DNA from: Aulosira sp. ZfuVER01
Lineage (GTDB): Bacteria; Cyanobacteriota; Cyanobacteriia; Cyanobacteriales; Nostocaceae
Assembly: GCA_034530615.2 (NCBI GenBank)
Contig: JAVRCV020000037.1
Span: 29,942 to 93,941 of the forward strand
Reading direction: 5' to 3'
DNA: 64,000 nucleotides
Shown here: piece after piece, positions 1 through 10,541 of the stretch
How the letters are laid out: each line of letters opens with the position of its first letter
How positions within the stretch are numbered: position 1 is the first letter of the stretch
Position numbers and translations under genes: made by a program
The notes under the pieces: model-generated
What the model saw: the letters and a program-made list of their open reading frames with translations, nothing else
Told to the model about the DNA's origin: nothing
Databases searched by the model: none

Positions 1-57
1 AATTAAAAAATTATGTTGATTTAATAAATTTTTTATTTGTCAGAAATTTCCTATTTT

Positions 58-1548
58 TTAGGCGACAACATCGATTTTTTCTATAAAAACTGGGAGGGTA
101 AACCAGAATGTGCTGCCTGCTCCAGGGCTACTATTAACATCAATCATGCCCCCGTGATTCTCAATAATTTGACGACACAAGTAAAGACCAAGCCCAGATT
201 TTCCCCGCCGAGATTTCCCTTGAATAAAGCGATGGAAGAGTTTTTCCTTTTCTAGAGGTGTAATACCTGGACCTTTATCTTGCACAGAAACCTTTATTTC
301 AGTGTCTCCTAGAGTGACTATCTCAAGCACAATTTCTCTGTTGGGCTGACTCACTCGCACAGCATTTTCTAGTAGATTTTGTAAAACCCGTTGGATTTCT
401 AAGTTATTCGCATAAACGACTGGCAGTGATGGAGAAATTTTACAAGTAAAAATTATTTCTTTATTGGAAGAGTTTTTTACTAAAGTAATTACTTTAGTAA
501 GTATGTTTTCCCAATTTATGGCATTACCGACTAGTTGATTGCCAGTTTTATTCCTATATTCATATCGAGAAATGTCTAAAAGAGTTTCTACCAGTTTAAG
601 AAGATCCTCATTAGCTTGTCGGTACTCTTCAAGCACCTCCCTAAAGGAGTTGCTGACATAGCCAAAAGCGCCTTTGAGCATACAGTCCAGAGTATTGCGA
701 GTAGCTAACAGAGGGGTACGCAAGTCGTGAGAGAGCGCAGAAATCAGGTCTTCAAGTCTTTGGTTTTGTGCTTTCAGGTTTTGCTGTCGTTGGCTAGCCT
801 TGTTGGCTATTGAATTGAGAATTTTGGTTAGGCGACCGATTTCATCAGTAGAAGCATAGGGCAGACGGGCCTCAAGCTGACCAGCCTGCCAAAGCTCGCC
901 TATCTTCATCAAATTACGTAGGGGAAGTTCGACTCTTTGAAGCAAAAAATAGATATTCCAGCTAACTATTAGCAGGATCAAGATTGTACTGATGATATTA
1001 ACACCAGTGTATATACGGTATAAATACAAGATATGATATCTGCGCTCTTGTAAAAATTCCTCATGTTTCTCTGACAACAGTTGAATCCGATTGCTCAGAG
1101 ATACTAATGCAGCCTGTTCTTCAAAAGTAAAGCTGTTAGCAGGCTCAAGGATATGTCTTTGATTTACTTGGCTGTGCCACTCATTATATAAGTATTTAAT
1201 CCAATCGATCTGTTGAGCCTTGACCGCAGGCATATCGGACAAAAGATGAGATAGCTTACTGAGTCTGTTTGAGAAGGTGCTGCTCATAGGGCTGTAGTCA
1301 GGCTGCTGGTTTGCTCTTTCCTCATATGTCAATACATTGAGTAGACGTTGGGTTTCACGCTCTATCTGTAGGCTATTAGTTATATAATTAGCTGCTTTTT
1401 GATTGAGGAACAGTAACCAAAAGTTCCAGCTTTGTTGCAAAACTAGGAAGCAGACTACTGTACAAAAGCTAAAGTAAACACGAGTTAATAAACGAGTTTT
1501 ACTCTGGTTGGACTTTGCTTTTAACCCTAATAAGCTACTAGCAAACAT
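58..1548 (-). CDS. Membrane sensor histidine kinase (periplasmic sensor, possibly CHASE3-like; HAMP; HisKA; HATPase)
   Basis: Two TM segments, HAMP (LPYASTDEIGRLT), H-box ALSHDLRTPL, N-box LQNLLENAV, G1 DKGPGI, G2 GKSGLGLYLC. The ORF opens at TTG 1584; I prefer ATG 1548. Confidence 0.9.
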   Translation of the reverse strand: MFASSLLGLKAKSNQSKTRLLTRVYFSFCTVVCFLVLQQSWNFWLLFLNQKAANYITNSLQIERETQRLLNVLTYEERANQQPDYSPMSSTFSNRLSKLSHLLSDMPAVKAQQIDWIKYLYNEWHSQVNQRHILEPANSFTFEEQAALVSLSNRIQLLSEKHEEFLQERRYHILYLYRIYTGVNIISTILILLIVSWNIYFLLQRVELPLRNLMKIGELWQAGQLEARLPYASTDEIGRLTKILNSIANKASQRQQNLKAQNQRLEDLISALSHDLRTPLLATRNTLDCMLKGAFGYVSNSFREVLEEYRQANEDLLKLVETLLDISRYEYRNKTGNQLVGNAINWENILTKVITLVKNSSNKEIIFTCKISPSLPVVYANNLEIQRVLQNLLENAVRVSQPNREIVLEIVTLGDTEIKVSVQDKGPGITPLEKEKLFHRFIQGKSRRGKSGLGLYLCRQIIENHGGMIDVNSSPGAGSTFWFTLPVFIEKIDVVA

Positions 1549-2093
1549 TGATATACACACCCTTACCCAATAGTTATATGTCAAGCAAGCAGCATCACTG
1601 AGAGTGATTACTAAATGGCTTAATATACATACTAAATAAGTTTACTAAAATAGATCTATAAGATTGCAAGAATATCAGGTTGATTTTTCATAAAAAAATT
1701 GTTTTAGAGTTATCGCAGCCTCAGCATTTTTTCGTACGGAATTCAGATGAAATCAAATTTTAAAGTTTTAATAAAGAAAATCCGAGTAAAAATAAAGTTT
1801 GAGTAAAGACAAGAAATTATTCAGTCTTTATTATCAGCTTCAGCCCTACTCAATTCTAGGTTCCAGCGAGTTAGTATCCCATCGGATAACTGAGTGGATA
1901 GTTTTGAAAGCTGTCCTGGACGCTATCGGTAGATAGTTTTGTTCCTTGAGTTTTCAAGAGATGCTGTAAAAAATACTGAATAGTAAGTAAAATGCTCAGT
2001 ATCTTAATAGTAAAAATCCCAGCTTAATTAAAAAAAATATATTAAAAACATATATTTAATGAAAATTTCAATAACGCGGAGATTTTACAATTA

Positions 2094-3317
2094 ATGCGTA
2101 AACCAGTTCTAACTATTTTTTATCAATTTAATCCTTGGCAATCTACTATTGGAGGAATACAAACACTTATAAATACATTTATTAAATACGCCCCCAGTGA
2201 GTTTGAGGTGCGATTAGTAGGGACAGGATGCGATCGCACTCAAACCATTGGTAAGTGGCAAGCAGCAGAACTAGCAGGTAGAGAAATTAGTTTTTTCCCA
2301 CTATTTACCTTGGAGAATGATAATGTCAGAAGTCTGATACCAACCACAGTTAAGTATACTGCCGCTATGTTTGGTCGTTGCTTCACTTCAGACTTTATGC
2401 ACTTTCATCGGCTAGAACCAAGTTTAGCCGCCTTAAATTGGCAAGGAGAAAAAACTTTATTTATTCATAACGATATTCACACGCAAACTAAGGCAGCAGG
2501 TGATAAAAATGCGATTTTGTGGCGCAGGTTTCCTGCCGCATACTTTGCTTTGGAAAGCTTGCTAGTTAATCAGTTCAGCCAAATTTTTTCATGTAATACT
2601 GATTCAGCCCAATTGTATAGGCAGCGGTATCCTCACATAGAAGATCGAGTGGCGTATATTAAAAATTCATTTGATAACGAGATTTTCTATCCCTTAAGTC
2701 AGGAACAACGGCAGGCACAAAGGCGGGAACTAGCAAAAATGCTGAATTTGAGCGAAGAAACCCGGTTTATCCTCTTTGCTGGGCGGCTACATCCGCAAAA
2801 AGATCCAATTTTGCTAGTACGTGCGATCGCAGCTTTAAATGAACCACATACTCATTTATTAATCGCCGGTGATGGCGAACTAGCAGCAGCAGTACGCACA
2901 GAAATTGCTCAATTAGGATTATCCAGTCGGGTAACGATGCTGGGAGCAATTCCCATACAGGAACTAGCAAGATTGCATCGGATCAGTAATGTCTTTGTTC
3001 TGAGTAGTGCCTACGAAGGTCTACCTTTAGTCGTTCTAGAGGCCCTTGCCAGTGGAACAGCAGTAGTTACCACTAGATGTGGGGAAACGCCAAAATTACT
3101 AGCTGCTGACAGTGGGGTTGTCTGCGAACAGCGATCGCCAGAGAGTTTAGCAGCTGCTTTGCAGCAAGTAATCCTACATCCAGAAAATTACCCAAGTATG
3201 TCTTGCGTGCGCGCAGCACACCCTTATGCAGCACGTACTGTTGTCAGGGATGTTTACAACGACATGTTTACTCGCTGGGAAAAGCAGAATTTCTCGGCTG
3301 TTAGTTGTATAAATTAG
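2094..3317 (+). CDS. Glycosyltransferase family 4 (GT-B)
   Basis: FAGRLHPQKD and SAYEGLPLVVLEALASG (EX7E motif). Confidence 0.9.
   Translation: MRKPVLTIFYQFNPWQSTIGGIQTLINTFIKYAPSEFEVRLVGTGCDRTQTIGKWQAAELAGREISFFPLFTLENDNVRSLIPTTVKYTAAMFGRCFTSDFMHFHRLEPSLAALNWQGEKTLFIHNDIHTQTKAAGDKNAILWRRFPAAYFALESLLVNQFSQIFSCNTDSAQLYRQRYPHIEDRVAYIKNSFDNEIFYPLSQEQRQAQRRELAKMLNLSEETRFILFAGRLHPQKDPILLVRAIAALNEPHTHLLIAGDGELAAAVRTEIAQLGLSSRVTMLGAIPIQELARLHRISNVFVLSSAYEGLPLVVLEALASGTAVVTTRCGETPKLLAADSGVVCEQRSPESLAAALQQVILHPENYPSMSCVRAAHPYAARTVVRDVYNDMFTRWEKQNFSAVSCIN
2230..2237. repeat. HIP1 octamer GCGATCGC (representative copy; many more throughout the window)
   Basis: The palindrome recurs in coding and intergenic DNA across the window, which is a cyanobacterial hallmark. 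Confidence 0.9.
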
Positions 3318-3443
3318 CCGTTAAAGCCAACACAAAGACTGAGTGAAGAAAAGTAGTAATACTACGGTAAACCCACAAAACGAGCAAATACAAGTATTCA
3401 GTCTTAACTATTGACACATTTTTGCAGAAGGTAACTTTTGTCT

Positions 3444-4625
3444 ATGAAAATTGCTGTAATCGGTGCCAAGGGTCTACCTCCTAAACAGGGTGGAATTGAA
3501 CATTATTGTGCGGAAATTTATCCCAGAATGGTTGCACAAGGACACTCTGTAGATTTATTCGCTCGTTCCTCCTATACTCAAGGTTCTTGGTTTGAGAGTT
3601 ATAAATTTAAGGGTATCCGAGTTATATCTCTACCTAGTGTCGATTTCAGAGGTATAGACGCTTTTTTTACCTCAGCACTGGGAGCAATAGCTGCTAGTGG
3701 CAAAAAATATGATATTGTTCATTTCCATGCTCTCGGTCCATCTATATTTACTTTTTTACCGAGAATTTTGAGATCTGGAAAAATTGTCGTTACCTGTCAT
3801 GGATTAGACTGGCAGCGTGCAAAGTGGGGTAGTTTTTCTACTCGCTTAATTCAAATGGGAGAGAAAACCGCAGTAAATTTTGCCCATGAAGTAGTTGTGG
3901 TATCAGAAGCACTGCAAACTTACTTTTTGCAGACATATGGCCGGGAGACAGTCTATATCCCTAATGCTCCTGCCACCTATGGTGAGTCAGACCCCAATTT
4001 TGCCTATGGTAAACAGTTAGGGCTTAAACAGGGACGTTACATTCTATTTTTGGGTAGATTGGTACCAGAGAAGCGTCCTGACTTGCTCGTTGATGCCTTC
4101 TGTGCCCTCAAATCATCTGGGTGGAAACTTGTCTTGGCTGGAGGTGTGAGTGATACTAAATCCTTTACCTCAAAACTATTAGAAAAGGTTGCAAATAATC
4201 GAAATATCGTATTTGTTGGTGAACTGAGGGGAACTCGTCTTTGGGAGATTGTTCGGGGAGCAGGATTATTTGTCCTTCCTTCTGATTTAGAAGGCTTACC
4301 TCTATCGATGCTAGAGGCTATGCAGGAAGGAATACCGATATTAGCAAGCAACATCCCGCCTCACCAGCAATTGATTAATAAGGAACGAGGTATGCTTTTT
4401 GAAGCAGGAAATTTGCCATCTTGCATTAATTCTTTAGACTGGGCAATTCATCATCCCCAACAACTAGCAGCAATGGCTCGAAATTCACGAAAGTATGTTC
4501 AGATGAATTATAACTGGGAGCAAATTACTGCTGACAACTTGAAACTGTATGAAGATATTTCTAATATTCATGATGACTTCAATAAAATCAAGACAAAAGC
4601 AGATTTATCGGTTATAAAAAGCTAG
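3444..4625 (+). CDS. Glycosyltransferase family 4
   Basis: MKIAVIGAKGLPPKQGGIE N-terminus, LGRLVPEK, EGLPLSMLEAM. ATG at 3444 (ORF track starts at 3438). Confidence 0.9.
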   Translation: MKIAVIGAKGLPPKQGGIEHYCAEIYPRMVAQGHSVDLFARSSYTQGSWFESYKFKGIRVISLPSVDFRGIDAFFTSALGAIAASGKKYDIVHFHALGPSIFTFLPRILRSGKIVVTCHGLDWQRAKWGSFSTRLIQMGEKTAVNFAHEVVVVSEALQTYFLQTYGRETVYIPNAPATYGESDPNFAYGKQLGLKQGRYILFLGRLVPEKRPDLLVDAFCALKSSGWKLVLAGGVSDTKSFTSKLLEKVANNRNIVFVGELRGTRLWEIVRGAGLFVLPSDLEGLPLSMLEAMQEGIPILASNIPPHQQLINKERGMLFEAGNLPSCINSLDWAIHHPQQLAAMARNSRKYVQMNYNWEQITADNLKLYEDISNIHDDFNKIKTKADLSVIKS

Positions 4626-4746
4626 AAAGCAATAATTATTTTATGGCTGAATATAATTTTTTTAATATTACAGTGAAGTTAGATTTAATTTAAGTTTTAT
4701 CAAAAAGTTAGACCTAATTTTCTGTGCTCAATTCTTTAGGATTTAC

Positions 4747-6960
4747 ATGAAAACTAAGGCTCGAACAGTATCACTAGATTCTTTGGAAATAGACTTACAA
4801 CAATACTGGCTGATTTTGAAACGTCGTTGGTTTCCTGCCATTAGTGTTTTCTCGTTCGTGCTAATTGCATCGATGTTGTTTGCTTCTTTGCAAAAACCAA
4901 TATACCGAGCACAGGGAAAACTTTTACTAAAAGTAGATAGAGTTGCTTCACTTACGGGTGTGGGTACTGACTTGGGGCAATTTTCACCTTTGACTTTGCA
5001 AAGTAGCCCAATGAAGACAGAATCAGAAGTGCTTCTATCAACTCCTTTAATAGAAAAAGTCATTGCTCAACTCCAGTTAAAGGATAAAAATGGTAATCTG
5101 CTGAAAGCAGAAGATCTACAAGGACGATTAGCTGTCAAACAAATTTCTGGAACTGATGTTTTAGAGCTTTCTTTTGACGAGAAGAACCCTCAAACTGCCG
5201 CAGCAGTAGTCAATAAACTGATGCAGGTATATATTAACAATAATATTTTGACCAGCCGAAAACAGGCGGCAGCAGCGCGGAAAGTAATTACCGAACAACT
5301 GCCTAAAAGTGAAACTACAATGCAGCAAGCAAATGTAGAGTTACGTAATTTCAAAGAGCGAAATGGCATTACCAATCTAGACGAAGAATCCAAAGCTCTT
5401 GTGGCAAATGCGTCAGAATTAGAAAAAGAAATTACGAAAGCCCAAACACAGCTTGACGATGTTAATTCTCGGTTAGCGTCCCTACGGAATAAAGTGGGCT
5501 TAAGCAGTGATGCCGCGATCGCACTCAGTTCTCTCAGTCAATCCCTTAGCGTGCAGCAAGCACTTAAAGAATATCAAGACATTCAGAGTCAGTTAGCAGG
5601 TGCGCGAGCTCTTTATCAAGAGCAGTCGCCTCCAGTTATCACTCTTAAAGAAAAAGAAACTGCACTTCGAGCTATTTTGCAGGAACGTACCAATGAAATT
5701 CTCGGTCGCTTTAATCTCTCAAATAGAAACTTACAGATCGGGACAATTGAACAACAACTTATTCAAAAATTTATCGATACCGAAGTAGAAAGATTAGGTT
5801 TAGCTAGTCAAGTCAAACGCCTCTCCAATACCAGAGAACTCTACCAAAAGCGTTCCAGACTTATACCTAGGCTAGAACAGGGGGAGCGAGAGTTACAGCA
5901 ACGCTTACAGGCAGCGCAATCGAGCTACGAAAACCTGCTGAAAAAACTTCAAGAAGTGGAAGTTGTAGAACAGCAGAATACAGGTAATGCAAGCATCGTT
6001 GAAATGGCTTCATCCCCAGATAGCCCTGTGCAAAAGCAAAAAATGCTGACACAGGTATTAGGTGGACTGCTGGCAATATTAGCAGCTCTCATCACCATCA
6101 TGGTGCTGGAGATGAGTGATAGATCTGTAAAAAGCGTTAAGGAAGCGCGGCAGTTATTTAATCATCCTTGGCTGGGGTCAATTCCGCAATTTGGCAAGTC
6201 TACATTACCTAACCGTAAAAATGCTGACTGGTCAACTCCTACGTTACCAGTACGAGATTATCCTCGCTCATCCGTTAGTTCTGCTTATCGTTTGTTACAA
6301 GCCAATCTGAAGTTCTTAGATGTAGAAAAAGAACTGAAAACCTTGGTGGTAACTAGTTCAGTACCTAAGGAAGGTAAGTCTACTATTTCAGCAAATCTAG
6401 CAGCAACTATGGCTCAACTTGGCCGTCGTGTTTTGCTGATTGATACCGATCTACACCATCCTCAACAACACCACATTTGGAACTTAACGAATGTGGTGGG
6501 ATTAAGCAATGTAATTGTCAAGCAGATTAATTTTGCTGCTGCTGTCAACAAAGTCATGGACAATTTGGATGTGTTGACCTCTGGTGTGATTCCTCCTAAT
6601 CCCTTAGCAATTTTAGATTCTAAACCGATGCAGGTCTTAGTTGCTTCTGCGGCCCAACAATATGATTTTGTCATTTTAGATGGATCGCCTTTAATAGTTG
6701 AGGCTGAAGCATTGACTTTAGGCAAGATGACTGATGGCATCTTGTTAGTGGTAAGGCCAGGAGTGCTGGATTCCACAAGTGCCAATACTGCCAAAGAATT
6801 GTTACACCAATCCGCACAAACCATTCTTGGGATAGTTGTGAATTGTGTTGCCTCGGAAACCGAATATAACCGCTTTGCCTATTACAAACAGGATCGGGCG
6901 GAAGTTATTAATCCTGCGACTTCGCCAGGATTAAGCAATGGCACAACAAGCATTCACTAA
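4747..6960 (+). CDS. wzc: Polysaccharide co-polymerase / BY-kinase (Wzc/GumC family)
   Basis: N-terminal TM, long coiled-coil, second TM, Walker A SSVPKEGKST, LLIDTD motif, C-terminal Tyr cluster (EYNRFAYY). Confidence 0.88.
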   Translation: MKTKARTVSLDSLEIDLQQYWLILKRRWFPAISVFSFVLIASMLFASLQKPIYRAQGKLLLKVDRVASLTGVGTDLGQFSPLTLQSSPMKTESEVLLSTPLIEKVIAQLQLKDKNGNLLKAEDLQGRLAVKQISGTDVLELSFDEKNPQTAAAVVNKLMQVYINNNILTSRKQAAAARKVITEQLPKSETTMQQANVELRNFKERNGITNLDEESKALVANASELEKEITKAQTQLDDVNSRLASLRNKVGLSSDAAIALSSLSQSLSVQQALKEYQDIQSQLAGARALYQEQSPPVITLKEKETALRAILQERTNEILGRFNLSNRNLQIGTIEQQLIQKFIDTEVERLGLASQVKRLSNTRELYQKRSRLIPRLEQGERELQQRLQAAQSSYENLLKKLQEVEVVEQQNTGNASIVEMASSPDSPVQKQKMLTQVLGGLLAILAALITIMVLEMSDRSVKSVKEARQLFNHPWLGSIPQFGKSTLPNRKNADWSTPTLPVRDYPRSSVSSAYRLLQANLKFLDVEKELKTLVVTSSVPKEGKSTISANLAATMAQLGRRVLLIDTDLHHPQQHHIWNLTNVVGLSNVIVKQINFAAAVNKVMDNLDVLTSGVIPPNPLAILDSKPMQVLVASAAQQYDFVILDGSPLIVEAEALTLGKMTDGILLVVRPGVLDSTSANTAKELLHQSAQTILGIVVNCVASETEYNRFAYYKQDRAEVINPATSPGLSNGTTSIH

Positions 6961-6966
6961 GAAATT

Positions 6967-8355
6967 ATGAACCTACGATCCCAAGTCCTGCGTGGAGGTG
7001 TCTACCTGGCTATTCGCCAAGGGATGGGCATGTTCATTAGTTTAGTTGGCGTGCTCTTTCTCACCCGCGCCATTGGACCAGAACAGTATGGTCTTTACAC
7101 TGCTGCATTTGGACTTTTTTATTATCTACAAAACATTAGCCAACTGGGCATTACTGTTTACTTGGTGCGTCGAGAAGGAGAAGACAAGGTCACAGTCTAC
7201 CATCAAGCGTTTACTCTGTTGCTGCTGGTTAGCCTGATTGGGGTTGTACTGAGTCAACTAGGGGTGCCATTGCTGGCAGGCTGGGTCAATTTAAAAGGCT
7301 TCCAACCGATTTTTCAGGTATTGTCTTTGAGTCTACCAGTTGTATTACTTAGCCAAGTGCCGATGGCAAGAATGGAGCGACAGCTAGACTACAAACAGGT
7401 CGCCTGGATTGAATTCGTAGGGCAGATTGCCTACTTCATAGTAGCATTACCAATCGCTTTTCAAGGAGGTGGTGCCTGGAGTCCAGTGGCAGGCTGGTGG
7501 GTACAACAACTGCATCTGTTAGTGCTTTTTTTCTGGGCTGCTAAGTACCAACCGCGCTTATGCTGGCAGCCAGATTTAGTCAAGCAAATGCTAGCTTACA
7601 GCGTTGGATACTCAGCCTCATTTTGGGTATGGCAACTACGCTCTTTGGTAAACCCCCTACTGGTAGGACGCCTGCTTGGTGCAGAAGCGGTAGCCTACAT
7701 AGCGCTTGCTAGTCGGATGGTGGAATTATTGGGATTCGTCAAGTCTGCTACATATCGCCTGTCGATCGCAACGCTGGCTCGTTTGCAGAGCGATCGCTAT
7801 CGTATGAGCCAGGCAATTACAGAAGGTATGGTACTTCAGGTGCTGGCATTAGGCCCATTTCTGGTGATTGTCAGTTGGTTAGGCCCTTGGTTTCTGCCCT
7901 TGCTATTTGGTGTCAAATGGTCGCCTGTGATGCATATCTATCCTTTCATTGCCTTTAGTCTACTAGCCAATGCTCTATTTAACTTGCATTCTTCTGCTCT
8001 TTACGCCCTACAACGTAACTGGGGAATCACACTATTTCACAGCATTCACATTGCCCTATTTTTTGCTGTCGCCCTACTACTAATTCCACGATTGGGATTG
8101 ATTGGTTATGGTTGGGCAGAGGTTGCCACAATCTTGAGTTATGGCGTTATTCATACTTATCTGGTACGTGATGTCAGCAGTCCTGACTACAGTTTTGCGG
8201 GCTTGTTAGCAGTTGCCTTTGGACTGGCGTTGTTCCCCTATCAATTAGGGTGGTGGGTTGTCATCGGAGTAGCGATCGCTTTGTTATTACCGAATACGCA
8301 GCACAAACTAATTGAACTCTGGAAAAACTTTAGGAGTGCAAGAAATGCCAGTTAA
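6967..8355 (+). CDS. wzx: Oligosaccharide flippase (Wzx)
   Basis: Polytopic membrane protein with the typical LTRAIGPEQYGLY N-terminal motif, located in an EPS cluster. Confidence 0.85.
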   Translation: MNLRSQVLRGGVYLAIRQGMGMFISLVGVLFLTRAIGPEQYGLYTAAFGLFYYLQNISQLGITVYLVRREGEDKVTVYHQAFTLLLLVSLIGVVLSQLGVPLLAGWVNLKGFQPIFQVLSLSLPVVLLSQVPMARMERQLDYKQVAWIEFVGQIAYFIVALPIAFQGGGAWSPVAGWWVQQLHLLVLFFWAAKYQPRLCWQPDLVKQMLAYSVGYSASFWVWQLRSLVNPLLVGRLLGAEAVAYIALASRMVELLGFVKSATYRLSIATLARLQSDRYRMSQAITEGMVLQVLALGPFLVIVSWLGPWFLPLLFGVKWSPVMHIYPFIAFSLLANALFNLHSSALYALQRNWGITLFHSIHIALFFAVALLLIPRLGLIGYGWAEVATILSYGVIHTYLVRDVSSPDYSFAGLLAVAFGLALFPYQLGWWVVIGVAIALLLPNTQHKLIELWKNFRSARNAS

Positions 8356-9292
8356 GACTTCGGATGCATTACCGCTAGTCAGTATCATAATCAACAACTA
8401 TAACTATGGGCAGTTTTTAGCAGATGCGATCGATAGCGCGATCGGGCAAACCTATCCCCATATTGAAGTTATTGTGGTTGATGATGGCTCGACCGATCGC
8501 TCACGGGAGGTAATTGCTAGTTACGGAGACAAAATTATTCCTGTATTCAAACAAAATGGAGGGCAAGCCTCAGCTTTCAATACAGGATTTGCTGCCAGCC
8601 ACGGAGACATTATTTGTTTCTTAGACGCCGATGATACTTACAAACCTGAAAAAGTATTTGAGGTCGTTAATATCTTGCAAAACTATCAAGAAAGCTGTTG
8701 GTGTTTTCATATGCTGCAATTTATTGATACAGATCTGAAAACACCCATAGACAGCCACTACGATCGCCAAGATACAGGTTTGGTGTATGACTGCGATTTG
8801 AAAAATGAGATACGTCAAGGAGGAATCAAGAAAAAATTGCCGTTCTCAATTCCTGCTACTTCCGGTCTTTGCTTTACTCGGTCTCTGATACAACAAATTC
8901 TGCCTATGCCAGAGGCAGACGGTATCGTACTTAACGATAGCTATTTACAGTTCACAGCTATAGCGCTAGCAAAGGGTGTAGCTATAGCTAAGAAACTTGC
9001 TTTTCAGCGGGTTCATAGTAACAATACATTTACCCACAAGGCAAATACACAATCAATCATTACTGTAAAAATTAATTGCCTGACAGCTTACTGGATTAGA
9101 AGAAAATTTCCTTTTTTATTTAAATTTACTAATAACTTTTTTGCCGTTGGGTTAAGCAATTACTGGCGTATAAAGTGCAGGGATAGCAGTACAAAAGAGA
9201 TTATAGACAAGTATTTGATGATTACTCCATTTACCAAAATAATATTGATTTATACTAAAGCAATTTACTACTGCTTTATCAGGAATTATTAA
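8345..9292 (+). CDS. Glycosyltransferase family 2
   Basis: VSIIINNYNY, VVDDGSTD, FLDADD (DxD). ATG 8345 overlaps the end of wzx. Confidence 0.9.
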   Translation: MPVKTSDALPLVSIIINNYNYGQFLADAIDSAIGQTYPHIEVIVVDDGSTDRSREVIASYGDKIIPVFKQNGGQASAFNTGFAASHGDIICFLDADDTYKPEKVFEVVNILQNYQESCWCFHMLQFIDTDLKTPIDSHYDRQDTGLVYDCDLKNEIRQGGIKKKLPFSIPATSGLCFTRSLIQQILPMPEADGIVLNDSYLQFTAIALAKGVAIAKKLAFQRVHSNNTFTHKANTQSIITVKINCLTAYWIRRKFPFLFKFTNNFFAVGLSNYWRIKCRDSSTKEIIDKYLMITPFTKIILIYTKAIYYCFIRNY

Positions 9293-9380
9293 AATCAATT
9301 ATCGGTAGAGCTATTAAGAAATCAGAATCCAGCAGTTGCAATCTAAACTTCCGCAAAATAGCGAAACAATAGGAATTTTT

Positions 9381-10487
9381 ATGAAACTAAAAAAAATTGT
9401 TGTTACAGGAGATGGGCTATTCTTAAGGCGCTATCGTCCCTTATTTGAAACCCTGTCATTACAATGTGAGCAGTTAGAATATTTATCTGGTGATGAGCCT
9501 TTCCGCCTTCCCGTATTGAATAAGGCTGCCAAGCTCTTAAATAAGCTGATTTATCTAATTTCCCCTGTTCTAGCAGGAAAACGTCAGAAAAATAAGCAGG
9601 CATTCATTAAAAAATCAAAGCGGCTTGAGCGCAGTATCGAGCAGTTAGATTACAAACCAGATTTCGTATTGCATATTTTTGGTATGTACTGTCCGTTTTG
9701 GGAAAAATTTGATATTCCTTACGGTATGTATCTGGACTACACAATGTCTTTAGTTAAGCACAATTGGTTGCCTTGGGCACCCTTTTCCAATTACCAAGAA
9801 TTTACTGCTTGGTTAGAGTGTGAGCGATTAGCTTATCAACGGGCATACCATCTGTTTACTATGAGTCACGTTGTTAAATCTTCGTTAATTACAGACTACG
9901 GTATTGAGCCTGAAAAAATTACTGTTGTTGGTTCTTTTGCCAATCGTCATACAGTGTATGAAGGAGAAAAACCATTTGGCAGTAAACAGATTTTATTTAA
10001 TGGTGCAGAGTTTGAACGCAAAGGTGGTGATATCGTTTTAGCTGCATTTAAACAAGTTAAAACTGTTTTACCCGAATCCAAGCTGGTAATTATTGGTAAG
10101 CAGCTGGGAATTCAACAGGAGGGTGTAGAAAATCCGGGACAAATTAGTTCTTTAGAAGAAATGCGTCACCTGTTTCTACAAACCGATCTAGTAGTTGCTC
10201 CAGGAAAATGTGACCCATTTCCATCCTTTCTCATCGAGGCGATGAATTATGGAGTTCCTTGTATAGTTTCTCCCAATGATGGGATGCCGGAAATTGTTGA
10301 TCCGGGTATTAGCGGCATCGTTGTCGATCCCCTCACACCAGAGTTGCTGGCTGAAAAAATCATTCATTTACTAAATGATATTTCAACGCTTACTGCGATG
10401 TCTCAAGCAGGGCGACAGAAAGTAAAAACTCAATTGAATTGTGAAAAAGTTGCTGCAAGTATCAAACAAGTTCTATTAAATAGCTAG
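9381..10487 (+). CDS. Glycosyltransferase family 4
   Basis: FERKGGD and DPFPSFLIEAMNYGVP. ATG at 9381. Confidence 0.85.
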   Translation: MKLKKIVVTGDGLFLRRYRPLFETLSLQCEQLEYLSGDEPFRLPVLNKAAKLLNKLIYLISPVLAGKRQKNKQAFIKKSKRLERSIEQLDYKPDFVLHIFGMYCPFWEKFDIPYGMYLDYTMSLVKHNWLPWAPFSNYQEFTAWLECERLAYQRAYHLFTMSHVVKSSLITDYGIEPEKITVVGSFANRHTVYEGEKPFGSKQILFNGAEFERKGGDIVLAAFKQVKTVLPESKLVIIGKQLGIQQEGVENPGQISSLEEMRHLFLQTDLVVAPGKCDPFPSFLIEAMNYGVPCIVSPNDGMPEIVDPGISGIVVDPLTPELLAEKIIHLLNDISTLTAMSQAGRQKVKTQLNCEKVAASIKQVLLNS

Positions 10488-10541
10488 ATATGTAAATTAA
10501 ACTTATGTTCAAAAAAATTGCTAATATCTACTATCTTTAAA

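Noticed and set aside
1585..2093. NtcA boxes in this and other intergenic regions
   Set aside because: I found no convincing GTA-N8-TAC site by eye; a motif scan would be needed.
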